A DNA stretch of 63,954 nucleotides, counting the filler, from Octopus bimaculoides (Eukaryota), in the NCBI RefSeq assembly GCF_001194135.2. It is 6 parts of 6 records of this genome, joined end to end, with 100 filler letters (N's around TTAATTAATTAA, not from the genome) between each part and the next. Parts side by side here need not be neighbours in the genome. Positions count along the whole stretch, not along the records: positions 62,790 to 63,954 come from NC_068986.1; 5 more parts are not named here. One strand, 5' to 3'. Positions within the stretch are counted from its first letter, which is position 1. The number at the start of each line of letters is the position of its first letter. Of this stretch, positions 62,690 to 63,954 are shown in pieces. The position numbers were made by a program, and so were the translations under genes. The notes under the pieces are model-generated. The model did no database searches. It was not told the origin of the DNA and worked only from the letters and a program-made list of their open reading frames with translations.

Positions 62690-63151
62690 NNNNNNNNNNN
62701 NNNNNNNNNNNNNNNNNNNNNNNNNNNNNNNNNTTAATTAATTAANNNNNNNNNNNNNNNNNNNNNNNNNNNNNNNNNNNNNNNNNNNNGGCACATAAAA
62801 GACACCATTTCGAGCGTGGCCGTTTTCGTGCGGGTGACACGTAAAAGCACCCACTACACTCTCTGAGTGGTTGGCGTTAGGAAGGGCATCCAGCTGTAGA
62901 AACTCTGCCAAATCAGACTGGAGCCTGGTGTTGCCATCCGGTTTCACCAGTCCTCAGTCAAATCGTCCAACCCATGCTAGCATGGAAAGCGGACGTTAAA
63001 CGATGATGATGATGATGATGATATTTATATATAATGCATATTTGATATTTTTATAAATGTGTACACAATATTTTGTATGGACATAGCATATTTTTAATGC
63101 ATATATAAAATATTTGCAATTCACATACACACATATAATATATATCTGCAG

Positions 63152-63487
63152 GGTTGTGATACAATTATGAAGCTTACAAGACAACTTATGCAATTCCGTT
63201 GTCCACGGTCCTATCAAAAGCTTTTACAGCAATATTCTTCATCACGATGTCAAATTCCTCTGGGATCTTCACCAACACAAGGGCTGACCAACTGCTTAGC
63301 AACACGTGGTTTATCTTCAATGCTAAATCAAGCAAATCGGAAACCATATTCTCCAAATGCCCATCAAATCTCTGTCTGGTCCATCTTAGGATCCCAAAGT
63401 ATTTTCCAAACTCCATCCTTGAAATGTCACCATAATTCAAAAGAATCGTCACAGAAACAAAATGGTAATTTATCCCTGGAAGAAGTG
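63152..63487 (+). CDS. Candidate first coding exon of an unidentified gene (ATG at 63167), possibly with a mitochondrial presequence
   Basis: ctgcag acceptor, ATG at 63167, 107 open codons and a GTG|GTGAGT donor. The N-terminus is rich in R/S/L/Q and nearly lacks acidic residues. The neighbouring SINE is CpG-depleted. Confidence 0.5.
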
Positions 63488-63895
63488 GTGAGTTGAATTT
63501 TTGGATTTTTTAAAATTTGTAATTTTTACTTGTTTTACATATTGTTTAACTCAGCTCTAATCCAGAAAGCATATCATCAAAGCTATTCCAGATATGACCA
63601 CCCTGTCTTGTCTTCAGATATATCCCTATTTTTTATCTTCTACTTGTTTAAGTCATTGGATTGCAACCATACTGGGGCCCTGCCTTGAAAGGCTTTAGTT
63701 GAACAAATGAACCCTAGAGCTTATTTTTTTTAAGGGCCAGTACTTATTTTAGTGGCCTCTTTTGCCAAACTGCTATGCTAAGCCATGGGGATGTAAACAA
63801 ACCAACACCAGTTGTTGAGTGGCAGAAGGGGCAAACACAGCACAAACACACAGAGACACATACACATAGATACATACATATACATATATACATAC

Positions 63896-63954
<59 letters not shown>

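Overview
AT-rich, microsatellite-dense eukaryotic genomic DNA. The SINE and retroelement content suggests a coleoid cephalopod, probably Octopus (inference). Five 100-bp artificial spacers (44N-TTAATTAATTAA-44N) split the window into six blocks whose true adjacency is uncertain. The clearest gene content is a cytosolic sulfotransferase (SULT) locus on the minus strand of block 39633-62689. Exons 2-5 of one gene (59013 to 48815) are followed by exon 1 of a probable second copy (42103-41908). Both PAPS-binding signatures are altered (PGTG instead of PKSG; RSGKVSTW instead of RKGxxGDW), while the catalytic His and the dimer motif are retained. The rest is mostly repeats: tRNA-derived SINEs, RTE-tail elements, Penelope-like elements (PLEs), a Gypsy remnant with an LTR, hAT, mariner and maT transposons, and a CR1/L2-type fragment. 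Manual folding found at least four type I hammerhead ribozymes (26835-26921, 45023-45158, 49849-49968, 61841-61955). Each has a large stem II insertion, and three have a perfect, element-specific 8-nt palindrome in stem III. One sits 5' of a PLE reverse transcriptase and one ends an unidentified ORF-bearing element. Also present are a ~950-bp PLE fold-back, a CpG-depleted block that is probably a methylated gene body, and a candidate plus-strand first coding exon at 63152-63487. No CRISPR arrays, rRNA genes or intact tRNA genes are supported.
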